NCBI GenBank assembly: GCA_029260155.1
Contig: JAJDDU010000246.1
Location: 1 to 47,801 of the forward strand
Length of the DNA: 47,801 bases
From: Phycisphaerae bacterium
Lineage (GTDB): Bacteria; Planctomycetota; Phycisphaerae; UBA1845
Direction of reading: 5' to 3'
Part shown: piece by piece, positions 47,038 to 47,801 of the stretch
Position numbering within the stretch: the stretch's first letter is position 1
Layout of the letters: each line of letters opens with the position of its first letter
The notes under the pieces: generated by a model
Told to the model about the DNA's origin: nothing
The model's database searches: none
Seen by the model: only the letters and a program-made list of their open reading frames with translations
Translations under genes and position numbers: made by a program

Positions 47038-47260
47038 GCCCTCTATTCTGTCCCTTGGAACAGTAGGGAACAAGGAAGTACTGCATTCAATCAATCGCGA
47101 CATTGTGCTGGTATCGCTCGTAAATCCCTCTAATGGTCCGAATAACGGCACCCGCCGCATGAAGAAAGGCACGGAACGGTTTTTGCGGCGCGCTGAGTCC
47201 CCTCGTGGGATCAAGATGTTACAATGGCCTGGGCGTATGGACCGCCCGCAGAGCCAAAAC
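47038..47260. promoter_or_regulatory. divergent intergenic region between the ECF sigma and Ser/Thr kinase genes
   Basis: 223 bp between divergent starts. It contains a tandem GGAAC-N5-GGAAC at about 47054-47068 and a TACAAT hexamer at 47220-47225. No promoter is assigned. Confidence 0.35.
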
Positions 47261-47801
47261 ATGCGATACACTGCGCAGCAAGAGGGATGCCTCGGTGGTT
47301 TTGAGATCATCGGCGAGATCGGCCGAGGTGGCATGGGTATCGTCTATGAGGCGCGGAACATGTCGAGCGACCAGCATGTCGCCCTGAAGGTGCTGGCCGG
47401 TGGAGCCTCAATCACATCGCGGGCAGTGACTCGTTTTCAGCGCGAAGCTGAAGCGGTAGGACAGCTGACACACCCGAACATCGTCCCTATCCATGCGACC
47501 GGCGAAGAGTGCGATAGGCACTTTTACGCGATGGAGCTGATCGACGGCCCATCGCTCGATCGTGTCATTCGCCGGATAAGGTTGGACAACGTAGCCTCTC
47601 TGTCCGATCACAGGAGATCGAGCACCGACGAAGTCGTAGCCGAGACCGCGTCCACCGCGAATTCTGATGGCTCTCTGCCCATGTGGGTGTCGCAGGCGCT
47701 AAGTTGCGACAGCGCCAACGGCATCGCACCGCTACACGAGGCAGCCGTTGCAGCCGCCTGTGAACTCACTATCGGTCCGAAGTATTTCAGGGCCATCGCC
47801 G
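47261..47801 (+). CDS. Ser/Thr protein kinase, 3' end runs off the window
   Basis: Not in the ORF track because no stop is reached; I translated it by hand. The sequence reads MRYTAQQEGCLGGFEIIGEIGRGGMGIVYEARN...HVALKVL...FQREAEAVGQLTHPNIVPIHA...FYAMELIDGPSL. It shows a Gly-rich loop, the VAxK lysine, the alpha-C Glu and the hinge. ATG 47237 is an alternative start. Confidence 0.85.
   Translation, partial: MRYTAQQEGCLGGFEIIGEIGRGGMGIVYEARNMSSDQHVALKVLAGGASITSRAVTRFQREAEAVGQLTHPNIVPIHATGEECDRHFYAMELIDGPSLDRVIRRIRLDNVASLSDHRRSSTDEVVAETASTANSDGSLPMWVSQALSCDSANGIAPLHEAAVAAACELTIGPKYFRAIA

Noticed and set aside
47054-47068. Tandem GGAAC motifs as a possible ECF -35 element for the kinase gene
   Set aside because: No CGTC-type -10 element lies at the expected 16-17-nt spacing. 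The motif is short enough to occur by chance. I kept it only as a note in the intergenic feature.
47038-47334. N-terminal 99-aa extension of the sigma-factor ORF (start at 47334)
   Set aside because: The extension is Pro/Arg/Cys-rich and has no sigma region 1 or 2 features. It would also overlap the divergent kinase start codons at 47237 and 47261. ATG 47037 gives a normal ~230-aa ECF factor.
1-47801. Scan for CRISPR arrays, tRNA/rRNA genes, transposases, integrases, prophage or known defence genes
   Set aside because: I saw no repeat-spacer periodicity in non-coding DNA, no tRNA T-arm/acceptor pattern and no recombinase or nuclease motifs. The repeated DNA I found is coding (Gly-rich and Cys-rich protein repeats).

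Overview
GC-rich bacterial chromosomal segment, roughly 60-65 % GC by eye (not computed). The gene content suggests Planctomycetota, possibly Phycisphaerae-like: an ECF sigma factor next to a Ser/Thr kinase, dockerin-like acidic repeats, giant TPR and VWA lipoproteins, and a divergent stand-alone GroES. This taxonomic call is inference only. About 38 protein genes are supported. I could not recognise any rRNA, tRNA, CRISPR array, transposase or integrase. Housekeeping genes dominate: ada, an LD-carboxypeptidase, btpA, groES, rimO-pgsA-uppP, glnA, def-fmt, rpsT, tlyA-like, yebC, an extended nusA-infB-DUF503-rbfA operon, and an orphan MalK-type ABC ATPase. Three accessory islands of secreted proteins with no recognised function sit between them. 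(i) 12120-17436 holds a GT2 glycosyltransferase, a zinc-ribbon protein and a 1245-1267-aa VWA lipoprotein with an odd Gly/Ala/Ser/Cys-rich tail. (ii) 19126-22951 holds an IPTL-CTERM protein translationally coupled to a 995-aa protein built from a beta-helix, a dockerin-like pair, Cys repeats and a P-domain. Its signal peptide appears split by a 1-nt frameshift. (iii) 41415-47801 is my best candidate for an undescribed system. A Ser/Thr kinase is divergent from an ECF sigma factor, which is ATGA-coupled to a 161-aa unknown protein. Co-directional genes follow for an 832-aa Gly-repeat fibre-like protein, a metzincin protease and a small dockerin-like secreted protein. All family calls come from motif recognition by eye and memory; no searches were run. 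Start codons were re-examined by hand, and several differ from the longest-ORF track.
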